Below, piece by piece: positions 36,801 through 51,800 of a DNA stretch of 64,000 nucleotides. Both the position numbers and the translations under genes were made by a program. Every line of letters begins with the position of its first letter. Position 1 is the first letter of the stretch. Source of the stretch: an uncultured Planctomycetales bacterium (GTDB lineage Bacteria > Omnitrophota > Gorgyraeia > Gygaellales > Profunditerraquicolaceae); NCBI GenBank assembly GCA_964354795.1, contig CAYHBB010000040.1:12593-76592 (forward strand), in the 5' to 3' direction. The notes beneath the pieces were generated by a model. That model did no database searches and was not told the origin of the DNA. It was given only the letters and a program-made list of their open reading frames with translations.

Positions 36801-39800
36801 GCTTGTCTGTCTCCGGTTTTACCTAAGGCGATTGCGGCAGCTTCCATATCCTCAAAGCTGTATAAATCCTTAAATTCCTCAGCGAGGGCAGAGAATGCGG
36901 GAGGGCCGATATCAGCTAAGGCCCCCCAATCTTTCATGCCGATCAAATATGCAATCTTTTCCTGTAAGTCTTGCGGCTTCCAATCTAACTTACTTAATGA
37001 TCTTGCGCTGCAGCCACGGAGAAATTGCTTTTCGTTTTTCAGCACTTCGATCAGGGCCGGAATCGCTTGTCTGTCAGATATTTGGCCTAAGACCCACGCT
37101 GATGTACCGCGGATATTGATTTCTTCCTTTTTGTCCCTTAATAATCCTATAAGGACAGGAACTACGGATGTGTTAATCTTGCCTAAGCCAGCCAATGCTT
37201 CTAATGCACACAAGCGGCATTGCAAATTATCCTTATCTTTTAATGCCTCAATAAGGCCTGGGACTGCGGGCTGTCCGATTTCAATGAGAGCTTTAACTAC
37301 CAGGCTGCTAGCTTTGCCTCTTAAGGCTTTGATCAAAACAGGAACTGCAGGTTCTCCGATCCTCGCTAACTCAGTAATACGGGACTGAATGTCTTCTCTC
37401 CTATTATTAGACCAACTGTAATATTCTAAACTGGATATTATCTCCTCTATTCTTTCTTGTGTGACTTTGACTGTTTGAGCAATCAACGGCTTTGCAGCGT
37501 TATTTGTTTCCTGCGCATAGATAGCAGTGGAACTAAATACAGCCCAAGATAAAGCAGACATAACTAATACGATAAAAAGTGTAGAATTGATTTTTCTTGA
37601 TTTGATTCTGGTGTAAATAAAGCTTATGATCGAAACGAAGACGTAGAATATGACGCCGACACCCAAGATTATGCCTGCGGGTTTAAGGTATTTTTTGAGG
37701 TTAAGCGGTTTTTTCTCGGGCGCAGCCGTGGCCTTGGTCCATTCTTCGGGAGTGGCGCGCGCCTTGATCGCCTCCAGCGCCGCTGTGGCTGAATTACGAA
37801 TTTGTTTTGACTGTTTGATCTCATTTACGCTAATATCCCTAAGCGCTGCGATCACGCTGGTATCTCCTATCTCGCCAAGCCTCCTTATAGCAACTGAACT
37901 GATTTCCGGATGCTTTGCCTTTGTAACTTCGCTTAAAGCAGATAAATTTGTGGTATTTTCCACAGTGGCTCTAAGGCCTTCGGTGGCGATTTTGGATACT
38001 TCTTCGTCTTTATCATCCACCAGCCTGATTAACGCACAGACTTTACGCTCGGAATCAATTCTTGCCAACGTACGTGCAGCCGGCAGGCGGCCATATCTTC
38101 TTGTGTCTTTCAAAGACTGAACGAGCGGCTCAACAGCCGGTTCTCCGATTTTAACCAAAGCCTCTTCGGCAAAAGAAGAATCTTCGCTAAAGCCGCCGAA
38201 CATCTGCATAAGGGGCCCTATCGTTTTCTCCGGCCTTATTTTCACCAAAACAGTGATAGCAAATTTCTTGATCTCCGGGTCCTGGACAAATATATCCCTG
38301 ATCAAATATTCGGCTGCGGCCGGAGCGCTATTAACCAGCCCTTCATAATCCTGCTTTGCGGCCATATAGCGTATTTTATCTTCTTCTGATGCGGGAACCC
38401 ATTCCAGCGAAGTTAAGACTGAAACTACGGATTTTCTTTCCTGCGCGTAGTCATTGGAGAGATGTTTTACTAAGCGCGGGAGGCTCGGCTTTCCTATATT
38501 AATGAGCTTCTGCCAATCTTTACAGGCAATAGCGTAATCGATCTCCTCTGCTTCGCCGCGAGGACACCAATCCTTCTTTTTAAGCGCAGCTATTGCCGCA
38601 GATCGGACAGAATCCCTGCGATCAGTAAGAAGGATAAGGATTGAACCCGGCGCTCGGCTTTCGATTTCAAACAGCTTGGCGGAAAGTTCGTTATAATTAT
38701 ATTTCGCGGTTGTATACGAGATCTTCTCGTCCGAAGTCCGGGGTTTCCATCCAGCCATATCCAGAACCTTTATGGCAAGAGAAACTTTTTCGTTATCTGC
38801 ATCAGTAAGGAGATCGACCATTTGCGGGACAGCCGCATTTCTATTTTCCAGCGTCGGAACGATCCAATTATCCCTCTTGTATGCCAATAAAGGGCTTGCG
38901 TTTTCACTGGAAAACTCTTCAATCAATACGGGGGTCTCCTTAATAGAAGTATTGATTTTAAAAGAAAGAAAGATTATACCCGGCAAGAAAATGATCAGAA
39001 ATCCCGGAAGGCACTCTCTTCTTTCAAGCTTGTCCAAAACCAGCAAGAACGCTACTGCTGTAAAAAATCCCCATATAAGCGTACCCGCGGTAATAAGCGC
39101 GGGATTAAGCAGGTAAAGGACGATAAAAAATGCATTTATCAGCATAAAACCTAAAGAAGGAGAGTTTCCCTTGAGGCCGTCATCCCTGAGCTCGCAAATC
39201 AAGCTTATCGCGAAGAGCAATAGGTTTATCACCATCGCGGCAAGGATAACTTTTGCGAAAAAGGGCGTGGCTACGGCGGAACAAAGCTTTAAAACAAGTA
39301 GATAGATTGCTATCGAACCGAAAGAAAGAATATTAAATATCATGCCGGTCACCCCCCAATTTACGGCGGCAGGGTGTTTTTCGTCGAATATCCTTTCGTT
39401 TCCCATTTTACGCATAAAATAATAAAGAACAAAGACGCCTGCCAACATCACTATTACAACTATTCCTAAGCCGATGCCGTCATTTACAAAGGGGGTACTC
39501 AATGCCAATGGCAGAATGGCGCAATTGGCTTGCGTTATTTTTTTGACATCCTTTCCCTTTAGTTTCTGCCTTACAGTTGAGTTTTTACGGGAAAACACGT
39601 AACTTACTGCTGAAGCAAAAATATAAAACAAGGCAAATACTCCTAAGATTAGTCCTACAGGCTTGAGGTATTTCTTGAGGCTAAGGGACTGCTTGCTTGT
39701 TGCCTTGGCCCATTCTTCAGAGGAAACCCGTGCCTTAATCGCCTCCATTGCCTCTTGCGCTGCCTGGCGCTCTTCTTTGGAGTACTTGATTTCGTTTTGG

Positions 39801-42800
39801 GAGATGAATTGGAGTTTCGGGATTGCGCTTAGATCGCCCACCTTAACAAGACGCTTGAGAGAAAGTAGGCGAAAATCATAATCATTTACCTTCAGTAATC
39901 TTAATAATGCGGGGTTATCAGAAGAAGATTCTACGATGAGCTTAAGGGTTTCGGCTGCGGATTGGCGGTCAAACACCTCGTCATTTTTCATAACTGCGAT
40001 GAGAAATTCAACTGCGGAAGAGCCGATTTTAGCTAAGGCTTCGACTACGGATGGACGGACATGCCCATACTCATCTTTTAAAGCTGTGATAAGAGGCTTA
40101 ACTGCTCTTGGGTCTTTAAGTTCGGCTAAGGCTTTGGCTGCGGAGAATCGGATATCCCAATCGCCATAATCCAAGAATACTACCAACCTTTCTATTTCTT
40201 TTTTTGTAGCTTCATCTGTCTTAGTTGTCGCGGGGTTTGAATTTGTATCCTGCGCATAGGTAGCTGGAGAATAGAATATTGAAGAGGATAAAGCGAACAT
40301 CAATAATATGGTTAAAAGTTTGAGATTGGATCTGTTCAGGCGGGATCTTATCCTGGCGCTGATATAGCTTGCAAATGCAATAATAGCATAGAGCGCAGCC
40401 AGCGCGCCGGCGATTATTCCTGCGGCATTGAGGTATTTTTTGAGTTGAAGCGGCTTTTTCTCGGCTGCGCCAGTTGCCTTGGCCCATTCTTCTAAAGAGA
40501 CGCGCGCCTTAATCGCCTCCAGCGCTCCCTTGGCCGCCTGGCGCTCTCCACTGGAATACTTGAATTCGTTTTGGGCGATAAATTGCAGATTAGGGATAAC
40601 AGCTATGTCGCTAAACTGTCCCAGCCTCTGAATAGCCAAGAGATTGATTCCACCTTCATTTACTTCAATTAACTTTAGTAATACAGGTATATTTTGGGTG
40701 GATTGAGCAATGGATCGCATGACTGAAATTACTATTTTATGCTTAGCTTGATCCTGGTCTTTTAAAAGCTTGATAAGCGGTTCGACTGCTGGCTGTCCGA
40801 TTTTAATCAAGGTATTTGTCACTACCTGAAGGACATCGGGATCGTCGATTGTCAATAAGCTTAATAATGCCGAAACGCTGTTAAGAGACCCTATCGTCTC
40901 CCTTACTTCCTTAAATTCTTTTAGAGCATAGGCGATCGCGCGCTGGACTTCCTCATTCTTGTCTTCCTTCATTCTAATTAAAGTATCAAAATATTTCTTC
41001 AATGCTTCGTGGTCACCTTTGCTATCAACAATGCAAGCGCCCAAAGCGACGATAGTCCGCGCCCTGACTGCAGGAACCGCATTAGTTAAGTGCGTAGCAA
41101 GCAGGTCTCTATTTTTTGTTTCTTCGCATATTTTCTTTAAAGCCGTGGCTTCCTCGCTATAAACAGATAAATTACTATTATCCCATAATCTACGTGACTC
41201 TAATAAAGGAAGGATGGCCCGAGGGTCCCTCTTTTCTCCCAGCACTTTCACAATATTATCTCCCGTATGACCAAATATCTCGCCTTCTTTCAACTCCTCT
41301 ATTAATGGCTCTATGGTTCTTGGGTCTTGCAATGCGCATAAGATCTCGATAGGTTTCTCATCGCATAGATCTTTATGAAGCAGACGAGTAATGCTTTCTA
41401 AATCCAATTCTCCTTTCCTGATCGCTTCGCAAGCTTCTTTTATATCATTATCGCTGCGGCTATCATTACTTGGAATACAGAAAATCCTCCAAACAATAGG
41501 CGCAAGAGTTTTCTGTAAAACATCATTGACTGTCGCCTCGGCGACTTCATCATGCCCTCTCCAACTCCTAAGGTTATAATAATGTATCAACCCCTTCAGA
41601 ACATTATCATCCTCCAGCATCTTAGCTAATTCTTCGACAGAATGCTTTCTGACCTTTTGGTCATCGTCCCATAATCCTGTCAATAACTCATCTCTCTTCT
41701 GGGCATATGCATTAAGTTCTTTTGTTTGTTTTGTGCAGGCATTTGCAAAAAGGAATACTAAAGAAAATAAAGTAAACATTAAGAAAAGGCTCAGGAGCAT
41801 GGAATTAAACCTGCCTGATTTTAACCTGGCGCGAAAGAAACTAATAAGGCAGATAATAGGATAGAATAAAATAATCGCCCCTAAGATTATTCCCGCGGGC
41901 TTGAGGTATTTTTTGAGTTGAAGCGGCTTTTTCTCGGCTGCGCCAGTTGCCTTGACCCATTCTTCTGTGGAGACGCGCGCCTTGATTGCATTCAGAGCTC
42001 CCTTGGCTGCCTCGCGCTCTGCTTCCTTGAACCTAATTTTATTTGAGGCGATTAAATTTAGCCTGCGGATTGCGCTTGTGTCGCTGAACTGGCCAAGGCG
42101 CTGGATAGCGATAAGCCGAATTCTAGATTCCTTATCTCCTGCTTCTGTTAACCTTAGTAAAGCGGGCACATCTTTTAAGTTGCCCGCGAGAGATAAAAGA
42201 GCCCCAAGCGTTGACCGATTAACATCTTCACAAGTATGCCCCAAAGCTTTAATTAACGGCTCTACCGCTCTTTGGTCTGCGATCTTACCTAAAGCTTCGG
42301 CTGCGGATGAACGAAAGCTCCATTCTGTATAGCCTGCATCACCCAAAGCTTTAATCAATGGCTCTACCGCGGTTCGATCGCCGATCTTACCTAAGGCTTC
42401 GGCTGCGAGAGAACGGGCCTTTGGGTCCTTACCACTTAGAACCTTAATCAAAGGTTCTACTGCCGGCTGACCGATTTTTACCAGGGCTTCGGCATCGGGG
42501 GAGCGGGCAAGCCAGTCTTCATCTTTTAATGCCTCATCAAGAGCAGGAACTGCGGCAGGGCCGATTTTGGCTAGGGCTTCAGCTGCGGCTGAACGGACTT
42601 CTGGATACTGGTATTGTAAAACTCTAATAAGTGCTGGAACGGCATCCTTAGCAGCAGGACCGATTTCACCGAGGGCTTTGGCTACGGATATGGATGAGCG
42701 GACATACCAAAGTTTATCTTTCAATGCTTCGCTAAGGGCTGGGACCGCGTCCTTAGCGGCAGGGCCGATTTTACCTAAGGCGTCGGCAGCGGAACAACAT

Positions 42801-45800
42801 TCATCAGAGGAAGCCCTTCTTTTTAGCTGCTTTATTAACTCTGCTATCTTCTGTTGCGTTGTCTGATCTGTCTGCGCGGTAGTTTGGATTGCGGTATTAG
42901 TAGTTTCCTGCGCATATGCGAGATTCGGATTAGTTATAGCTAGAAACGAAAGGATGAAAAAGAACGGCAAAATCCAGAATCTGCGTAGGAGCGAATTCGG
43001 GGCGCGAGGTTTTTGCGGGCTGGATTTGATCTCGGTCCGGGCATTCCCCCCGATTGTATCCAGAATTGACTGCGTAGCAATAAGGTTCTTAAGCTCTGTT
43101 TGAATAATATTTTGTTTTTGCTCTGCTATTGTAGGCGAGTTGCATCCGACGTTAATAGAGACTGCGCGCGGGAAAGATGCCAGAAGCCTTCTCTCCATGC
43201 CGAAACTCCTTGCTTTATTTCCAACAATAATAAGATTTTCTTCGCTCAGGCCTGTGCGGGAAATAAAATCCCTTGCCGCTTCAAAAGGACCAAATCGCAG
43301 GATATTTAGGCTTTCTTCGCCCTGGAAGATGATTTCTGCGGAAAGGCCTTTTGCCCGCAGCGCCTCCTCTATCTCTGAAGCGAATTTCCGCCTTTCCTTG
43401 GCTAATTTGCTGCTGATCTTTATTTTCACTTTATAGTCCTGCCGCTTGATCTTATAAGAAAGGCCTGTGAGAGCATTTTTTACTACTTCCAAGATAGTTT
43501 GCCGGTCATTCGCGCTCAATTCAAAACGGTAATAACCGACTTTATTCCCCCGCTCGTCAAAACCAAACCCCCTGGTCCCGGTGTTGGAATATAAATGCAA
43601 GTTTTTAAGCAGCTCCTTCGGGATCTGCGCCCAGACTCGCGATTCCAGATTATCTTCTGTTTCATCGGTGATGATGGCAATATGCTTACCGCAACGTAAA
43701 AGATTGACAAGATGATCGTTGATCGCCAGGCTGACCGGCTGCTTAAGCGTAGCTATACAATCCTCCAAGCCGAAGATGAAACCATTGATCTTGCTTAAAT
43801 CGATTTTTACTCCCTGGATCGCGACCGCGCTTGAAACTTCCTGCGGCGCCTTTTCCTGTTTGTCAATTTGCGGCTCTATAACCTTAACTTTTTTGCGCTC
43901 TGTAACGACAATGCCGCTGGCCTTAGCCTTGATCAACCTGTCCCTGGCCCAGGAAAGCGTTTCTCTGACCTTCTTGCTGCCCTCAGCCTTTAAAGCCTTC
44001 TCCACCGCGCCTAAGGCGCCGGGATCTCCCAGTTGTCCCAATGACCATGCTGTCTTTTCTCTTACCTCTTCTGATTTATCGACCAATAGCAGTTCGCTTA
44101 AAACCTCTACGACCTCCGCGGTTTTTTCCGCCAGGGAATCCGTCAGGTCGCCTAAGCCTTCGGCAATAATCGCCCTTAAAGTCTCATCCTTGTCATTCAA
44201 GTATTTAATGGCCTCGCTGACCACCGCCTTGCCTCCTACATCAAGATATGCCTCTGCGGCCATCGTCCTGATTATCGGATCCTTATCCTCTTTGATGGTC
44301 TTCAGCAGCACCAGCAAAACTCCGTTATCTTTGATATTGCGCAGTGCCTGGATCACCTCCTGCCGCACCTCGTCGCTCCTTTCATCCTCTAATGACTTTG
44401 CTAATGCGGGTATGGTGGAGGGATCCGCGAATTTCTTCAAAGCCCTGGCTGACACCTTTCTCACTTCAACCGCAGAGTCATTGTGCAGTGCCGCTATTAA
44501 GTCCTTACCTGAATCCTTGAGGCCAATGACCCCTAATGAGGAAGCGGCCCAATACCTTACCTCCCTGCCCTTATCATTAAGCAGCGCCTTTCTTAATGCC
44601 TGCGCGATAGTCTCGTTCCCCGCATAATCGCCTAAAGCGCCGGCAGCATCGGCGCGGATTTTAGCGTTTCTATCGGTAAGCTCATCGATCAGACGGCGAA
44701 CCTTTATTTCATTATAGTTATTGGTAGTGGCGACGGGGTCGGCCTTGGCATCGTCCATTTTCACAGCCTCGGTTTTAGCTACGGGAACACTGCGGGGCAA
44801 CACAGCTTTTTTCCTCTGCGATTTCGGCATCAGGCTTTCCAGGTCCCTCATCTCCAGCTCATACAAATGGTCGGCTAAATGGACGCCGTCTTCAGTGAAT
44901 TTGAAGAAAAGATGCACGATCCTTAAATACTCCTTGTCGTCAAAATATCCCGGAGTGTGCCCGGTATTTCCGGCCATTTTCTTTACGCTGTCAGGCAGCT
45001 CCTTATCCGTCACCACCGTATTTACGAAAATGAATGCCGGACTTTTTAAATCCCTGATATTCAGCACATCGGGATATCCGGCATTCTGCCTGTATTGCCT
45101 GATATGCAATTTCTCGCCCCTGGGATTCCAGAAACGGAAACCATAGAGGCTGGTATCTTTTAGGCCCCTTTCAGAAATATTGTCAAACTCTTTCTGGATG
45201 ATTTTCTTTATCGCTTTAAAATCGTTATTTGCCCTTAAATCCCGGATAAACTTCGCGTCTCTGTATACCAGATGTGCGTACCTTGATTCGTCCTCCCCGG
45301 AAATGATCTCGTTAAGCGCGATCGCAAGATTAAGGTAGCCCTGGTGGGCATCGGGATAACGGTTGTGCTGGGTAGTGTCCACCACAATGACCACCGGCCT
45401 CTCAGCAAGCATCCTGTACAATATCTGGCTGCGCACAAATTTAGGGTCGATATAATAGGGGTTGGTATGGGTCTCGCTGGAGCCCACCTTGGCAAAGACT
45501 ATATCAATGTCATCCAGTTTCAGATCGCCCTCGATGAACGCCGCGGAAAATCTGCCCAGGGTAAAATTCGGCATTATCCAGACATCTCTGCCAAAAGAGG
45601 CGGACTGGACCTTGACTGCCTCAATGAACTCCTTGAGTTTAAGCGCCTCGTAAGCCGCATAGACAAGCTCATGCTCTATTGTGCCGCTATCGGGCAATCC
45701 TGACAGGCCATGGCAACCTGTACCGGAAAAACGGATATAGTCCTTGTAAGAAAGATTCTTAAATTGCATTGCGATAATGCGGCTGTTATCCACAATGCGC

Positions 45801-48800
45801 CTGAAATTCGAATACTCCAGTTCCGTATGCATGGGGTTATTGATATCGAACCTGCCGGCTTTTATCTGGGTCAGCATTGCCTGCCAATCCCTGTATAGCG
45901 CTATCCTGTCCGCAGCGCTCTTGGCCAGATTGATCAGCTGCTCCGTCGGGAACAGGCCGTGCCGGATGATCTCAAAGATTATATCCAGGGCGCCGCTTAA
46001 TGTAGCCTTGCTCATACCCTTAAAGACCTCGTCGTAGAAATTCTGGATGTCAAAGCCCTGCTGTTTCAACCTATACTCGAGCAACCCGATCGACTCGACG
46101 GTCTGCTCGGCATTGATCGGCCGCAGATCTTTGTCGAACTTCTCGAAGTAGGCCCTGAAACTGCCTTTGTCCTGTATAAGCGCGGCATCGCTTAGCTTGG
46201 TAAGGATCTGCTCAACAATATCCAGGTTGACTTTAAATTCGGACAGATTCCCGGAGACATCGATCGCTACGGGGACCGGGATCTCCAGCAGATGCCGGAT
46301 ATCCTTATTCTGCTGATGCATCCGGTAAGCGATCTCGATCACCGCGCCCAGGACTAAGAGGTCTTCACCCTTGGCGAACTGCTTTCTCGCCTGGTTCCTT
46401 ATGTCATCGAATAGCCTTTCTCCGATCTCTTTCTTGAATCTGCGCAGGATATAGAAATGCTCGGGGTTCAAAGCGGAGGAATAATCGTATTCGCGGGATA
46501 TTGACTCAAATCTAAGTGGGAATATTGAAAACCTGAAGGAAAACCTGACTAAATCTACACCTTTGCCAAATAAGGCAACTCCGGAATCAGACTGCAGCAG
46601 GATAACCGGGATCAGTATGGCTGCAAAAAGAGCAAATGCTGCAGCATAGGTGTATATGACATTAAATATGATCAAGGTAACGCAGATAACTACCGCAATT
46701 ATTCCTACAATAAATCCTGCGCCGCCCCTGCTCTCTGTCCCAAACCTTACCACCTTGGCTAATGTATCTTTGTCTATCCTCTCTTCCTTGCCGATCTTGA
46801 CCACCTCGGACATGGTCTTAAGGAAAGGCAAAGCGGCTTTTCCCTGCGCAGGCGGAGCCCTGATCTCCTGGATGAGCCTCTGGATAAGATAGGCTAAGAT
46901 CCCCAGGACAAATATCCCCAGGACTGCATAAATGACCGGGCTTAAGTTTATGGTAGCGATGGAACCAGCAAAGGCTAAAGGAATAACGGGAGCAAAAGAA
47001 TTTAATGAGGTTGTGTTATTCTGATTCTGCGGCCTCTGCGTCAGGCGGGACCTTATTCTTGCGCAGACAAAGCTTATTATCGAAATAATGGCATAGAACG
47101 CAGCCAGCGCGCCGGCGATTATCCCGGCGGGCTTGAGGTATTTCTTGAGGTTAAGCGGTTTTTTCTCTGGGGCAGACGCAGCCTTTGCCAATTCTTCGAG
47201 AGAGACGCGGGCCATAATTGCCTCCAGCGCCTGCTTGGCTGCATCGCGTTCTTTCTTAGAATGCTTGATTTCATTTGAAGCGATGGCTCTTAAATCATCC
47301 ACTGCATCTAATGCGCCTATTTGGCCAAGGCGATTTATAGCGGCCAGGCGAAGATCGGAATCTTTAAGCTTTAATGATCTTATTGCTACTGAAGCGTCTT
47401 TTGTCGATTCAATGAGCAATCTGGTCTTTATGACGGCGAACTTGCGGATGTCACTAGTCTTGGCCTCCAATAATTTTATTAATATCTCTATATCCTCGGT
47501 TGAATCGGCTATAGGCTGAAGGGCGCTACTGATCTCCCATTTCATGCCCTCTTCGTTTTCGTTTAGGAATTTAACAAGGGCAGCGACTGCTCCAGCGTCT
47601 TGAATTCTGCCTAGCATCTCAATAACGGCCCGTTTCCGAGACGACGCTCTAGCATCCCACCTTACAGCCGAAAACTCATCAATAAGCGGCCCCGTAGCCT
47701 GTTTTCCAACCTTTAGCAAAGCTTCCTCTACATCGGAATCCTCTACTCCAAACGCAATAAGGGTCCTTGCAGTTTCTTCGTTGCCGATTTCACCGAGCGC
47801 CCTAATCGACTCTTTACACTTTAACCTCCCTAAAGCTCCCACTGCGGGTGGCCCGATCCTGACCAGCTCTGGCCAATCTTTATTTGCGATCAAATATAAT
47901 ATTTTTTCTTCTTCGCTTGCCGCTGACCAACCCGCTTCTTTCAAGACTGCTACGGCGCCCTCTCTTATACGCAGGCAATCATCCTCAAGAAGAAAAACCA
48001 AGAAAGGCGCTGCTTCATTCTTCAGGCTGCTTAATGCCTTCCAGTCCTCTTTAGCAATAAAATATTTTATCTTTTCCACATCATTTTTCGGCCGCCAACC
48101 CAGCCTGCTTAAAACCTCAACCATACCTTCGCGCATCTTGCTATCCCCCCGGGGAAGTAATTCTATCAAAGGTTTTATCGCCTGAGGGCCGAGGGAAGAT
48201 ATATCATCGACAAAAGAGTCTTTTCCCCTATTTTGGGCTAGTGCATAAGCAACTTTTTCATGATAAGTTCCCGGCTTCCACCTCGCTGCATCAAGCACTG
48301 TCAATGCAAGATCGGATTTTCTTTTATCGCGATCCGTGAGCAGCTCGATCATTAAAGGGCTGATTTGCCGGCTGCTCCTACCCGCCAGCACGGGAATTGT
48401 CCAGTATTTGTTACGGAAATTTGATGGCCCGGAAGACTCCGTTCTTTCAGCTTCTTCTCTTTCTATGTATTCGCGGATAAGCGCATCATTATCTTTAAAA
48501 GCAGTGGGAATCTTGAAAGAATAGTAGATAATTACCGGTAATACAAAAAGAGCAAAGTAGCCTAGTCTTGCCCTCCAACCGAACTCATCTAGGCTTAAAA
48601 TTGAGATAAGAACCGAAAGGGCGAATACAGAAGAGACGATCAGCCAAAATGATATAAGCCCGGGATTAATGATGAAAAGGGCGAGCAACAGGCCGTTTAA
48701 GATCGTGAAACCGATAGGAACAGCACGGCCAAATAGATCTTCATCCTTTTCTTTCATCATCAGTAAAGAGGCTCTTAAGGCTAATATACAATTCAAGGCA

Positions 48801-51800
48801 AACACGGTAAAAATAATCTTACCCGCCAAAGGTATAAATATTAAATTATTGTGAACAACATAAAGCCCCGTAAGCCCCAAGGTGACAAGGATGAATCCAA
48901 TAGCTGAAAACATTAATTGAGGTTTTTCATATGTATCATAACCTTTTATTATCGAATTTCTATGCATCAGCCAGCGTAAAGAACGGTATATAGTTTCTGC
49001 TATAATTGCCGCAACCGCTATGCAGACTAAAACGGTGGTTATGCCGCTGTCATTAAACAAGGGGGCTAGCATAAGGTTGGCCCCATAGAGGTTGCTTGAG
49101 CCATTCTTGTCGTTTATTTTATTCTCAGCCGCGCGGGAACGGGATCTGGATATCAGATAACTTATGGCCGAGGCTAAAACATAGATTAAAGCGAGCGTAC
49201 CTGCGATTATACCTGCAGGCTTAAAGTATTTCCTAAAGTTAAGCGGCTCTTTTTTGGCCTCTCCTGCCACCGTAGCCCATTCTTCGGCAGTTGTGCGCGC
49301 CTTGATCGCCTCAAACGCCTCTTTGGCAGCTTGGCGCTCATATTTATTGTATTTGATTTCGTTGAAAGCAATGGCTTGCAACCTAGAGACCACCTCTATA
49401 TCTCCGACTTTGCCTAAAGCTTCTATGGTATATCTACGGACCGATCCTTCATCATCCTTTAACGCCTCAAGCAATACAGAAACTGCTTCTTTATCTCCGA
49501 GATTACCTAATGCTTGAGCTGCAGAACTACGGACTCCCCAACTCTCCTGCCTTAATGCCTCGATAAGATACGGGAGAGCCTGCTTATCGCCGATCCTGCC
49601 CAAGGCTGTTACTGCGCAGTCGCGCATACGCGGCGTTTTGTCTTTTAATAACCCGATAAGATAGGGTAGCGCCTGTTTTTCGCCGATCCTTCCCAGAGTT
49701 ATTATTATTGACTCGCGGACATCCAGGTCCTCGTCTTTTGTTACCTTTAATTCCTCTATAAGAGCCGGGCCGGCAGGCAGGCCGATCTTAACTAAAGCCT
49801 GCACCGCTGAACATCGCACAGAGCCAGATCTATCCTTTAATGCCTCGATAAGGGCCGGGATTGCTTGTCGGTCACCGATCTTACCTAATGCGTCTGCTGC
49901 GTGGTTGCGGACCCATTCATCACCGTCATTTTTCAATACTTCTATTAATTCTTCTATCTTTTTCTCATTAACTACATCTATTTGGGTAACTTCGGGTTCA
50001 ATGCTTGTGTTTGTACCCTGCGCATAGGAAGCTGTAGAGCTGAACAACGCGGGAGATAAAATAAATGCCAGCAGCATAATTAAAAGCGAAGAATTGAATT
50101 TGCCGGATAGAAGCTTTCTTGATCTTTCCCTGGCGCGGATATAGCTGATACTTAAGACAATCATATAGATTAAAGCAGACACTCCCAAAACAACTCCGGC
50201 GGTCTTCATGAACTGTTTAAACTTATAAGATTTCGAAGTGGCCTTCTCCCATTCCCGAGGGGAAACTTTGTTTTTTATCTGCTCTAATGCTGCCTTGGCG
50301 TTGTTCCTCTGGCCTTCGTTATATTTGATTTCATTTAAGGCAATGGAGTTAAGCGGCTTTACTGCCCTGATATCTCCAATTTTACCTAAGGCTTCCATAG
50401 CTTCTTCGCGGACAGAATAATCTTCTAGTGCTTTGATAAGGGCCTCTGTTGCTTTTGGATCACCGATTTCACCTAATTTACCTAAAGCTTTCACGGCTTC
50501 TTCGCGGACAGAGTAATCTTTCAGTGCTTTGATAAGGGCCCCTATTGCTTCTTGACCGCCAATTTCACCTAATGCTTTTACCAAATATTCCCGTCCAAAG
50601 CCACTTCCTCTTTCTAGTTTTTCTATAATGGTTTTTGTATAAGCTCTCAAGGGTTCTATGGCACGAGGATCGCCAATTTCTTTTAAAGCCTTTGCTGCTT
50701 CTATATTAAAATACGAGTCTTTATCTACAATAATCTTAATAAGCGGCTCAACTGCATCTGGGCCAATCTTTACCAATCCTGCCCAATCATGTTTTGCGAA
50801 AAAATAAGGTATCTTTTCTTGATTAGTTTTTGGTTCCCATTTTAATTTATCTAGAATTTCTGCTATTTTCTCCCTAATAAAGGACAAATTTTCATCATTT
50901 AATGCACTAATAAGCTCAGGAATTGCGGGTTGCCCGATTCCAACTATGATTTCGGAACCAGCTTTGGAAAGATATTCGTTCGAAGATATACGAAGTTCTT
51001 GAAGAATAGGTTTAATCACAGACGGGCCAATATAAATCAATGAATCAGCTGCCTGTTTACGAACATAATAACTTTTTTCTTTCAATATATGGATAAGAGC
51101 TGGGACTGCAGGGGAGCCGATTTTCATTAAGGCTTCTCCTGCGGATTTAAAAATAAAGCGATCCTCATCTTTCAATGCTCCAATGAGACCGGGAACAGCG
51201 GGATATCCAATGTCCGCTAAAGCTTCGGATGCAGTTTTGGAGATATACTGATCTTTTAATGCTTTAATAAGGGCTGGGATAGCTTCTTCGTCAGCGATTT
51301 TGCCTAGCGCTTTTGCTGCCTCCGCCTTAATAAGAATATCTCCATCATTTAATGCTCTAATAAGAACCTGGACAGCTCGCTTATCCTTACTCTCGCCCAA
51401 AACCCGAATTTTTGATGAAAGATCAAGAATTTCTTCTATAGACCTCTGGTCATCATATTGGGCATATGCCTTTCTCTGATTAGGTAAAATATTCGACAAG
51501 AATACAATGATTAAAATAGTTATTAATGATTTTGTTTTGCTTTTTGCATATTTACTTTGGCTTTGCTGTCTGATCTGTTTTTCTTTTCTAACTGAATCAT
51601 TCTTTTTTTGCAACCCTGTGGATTTTGTCCTTACCAGAACATAGCTTATAATTGAAGTAATGATGTAAAATAGAGCAAATACTCCGCCAGCAATAGCTGC
51701 GGGCTTGAGGTATTTCTTGAAGTTAAGCGGTTGTTGGGCGGTAGCCTTTGTCCATTCTTCGGCAGGAGTGCGCGCCTTGATTGCTTCAAGAGCCTGCTTG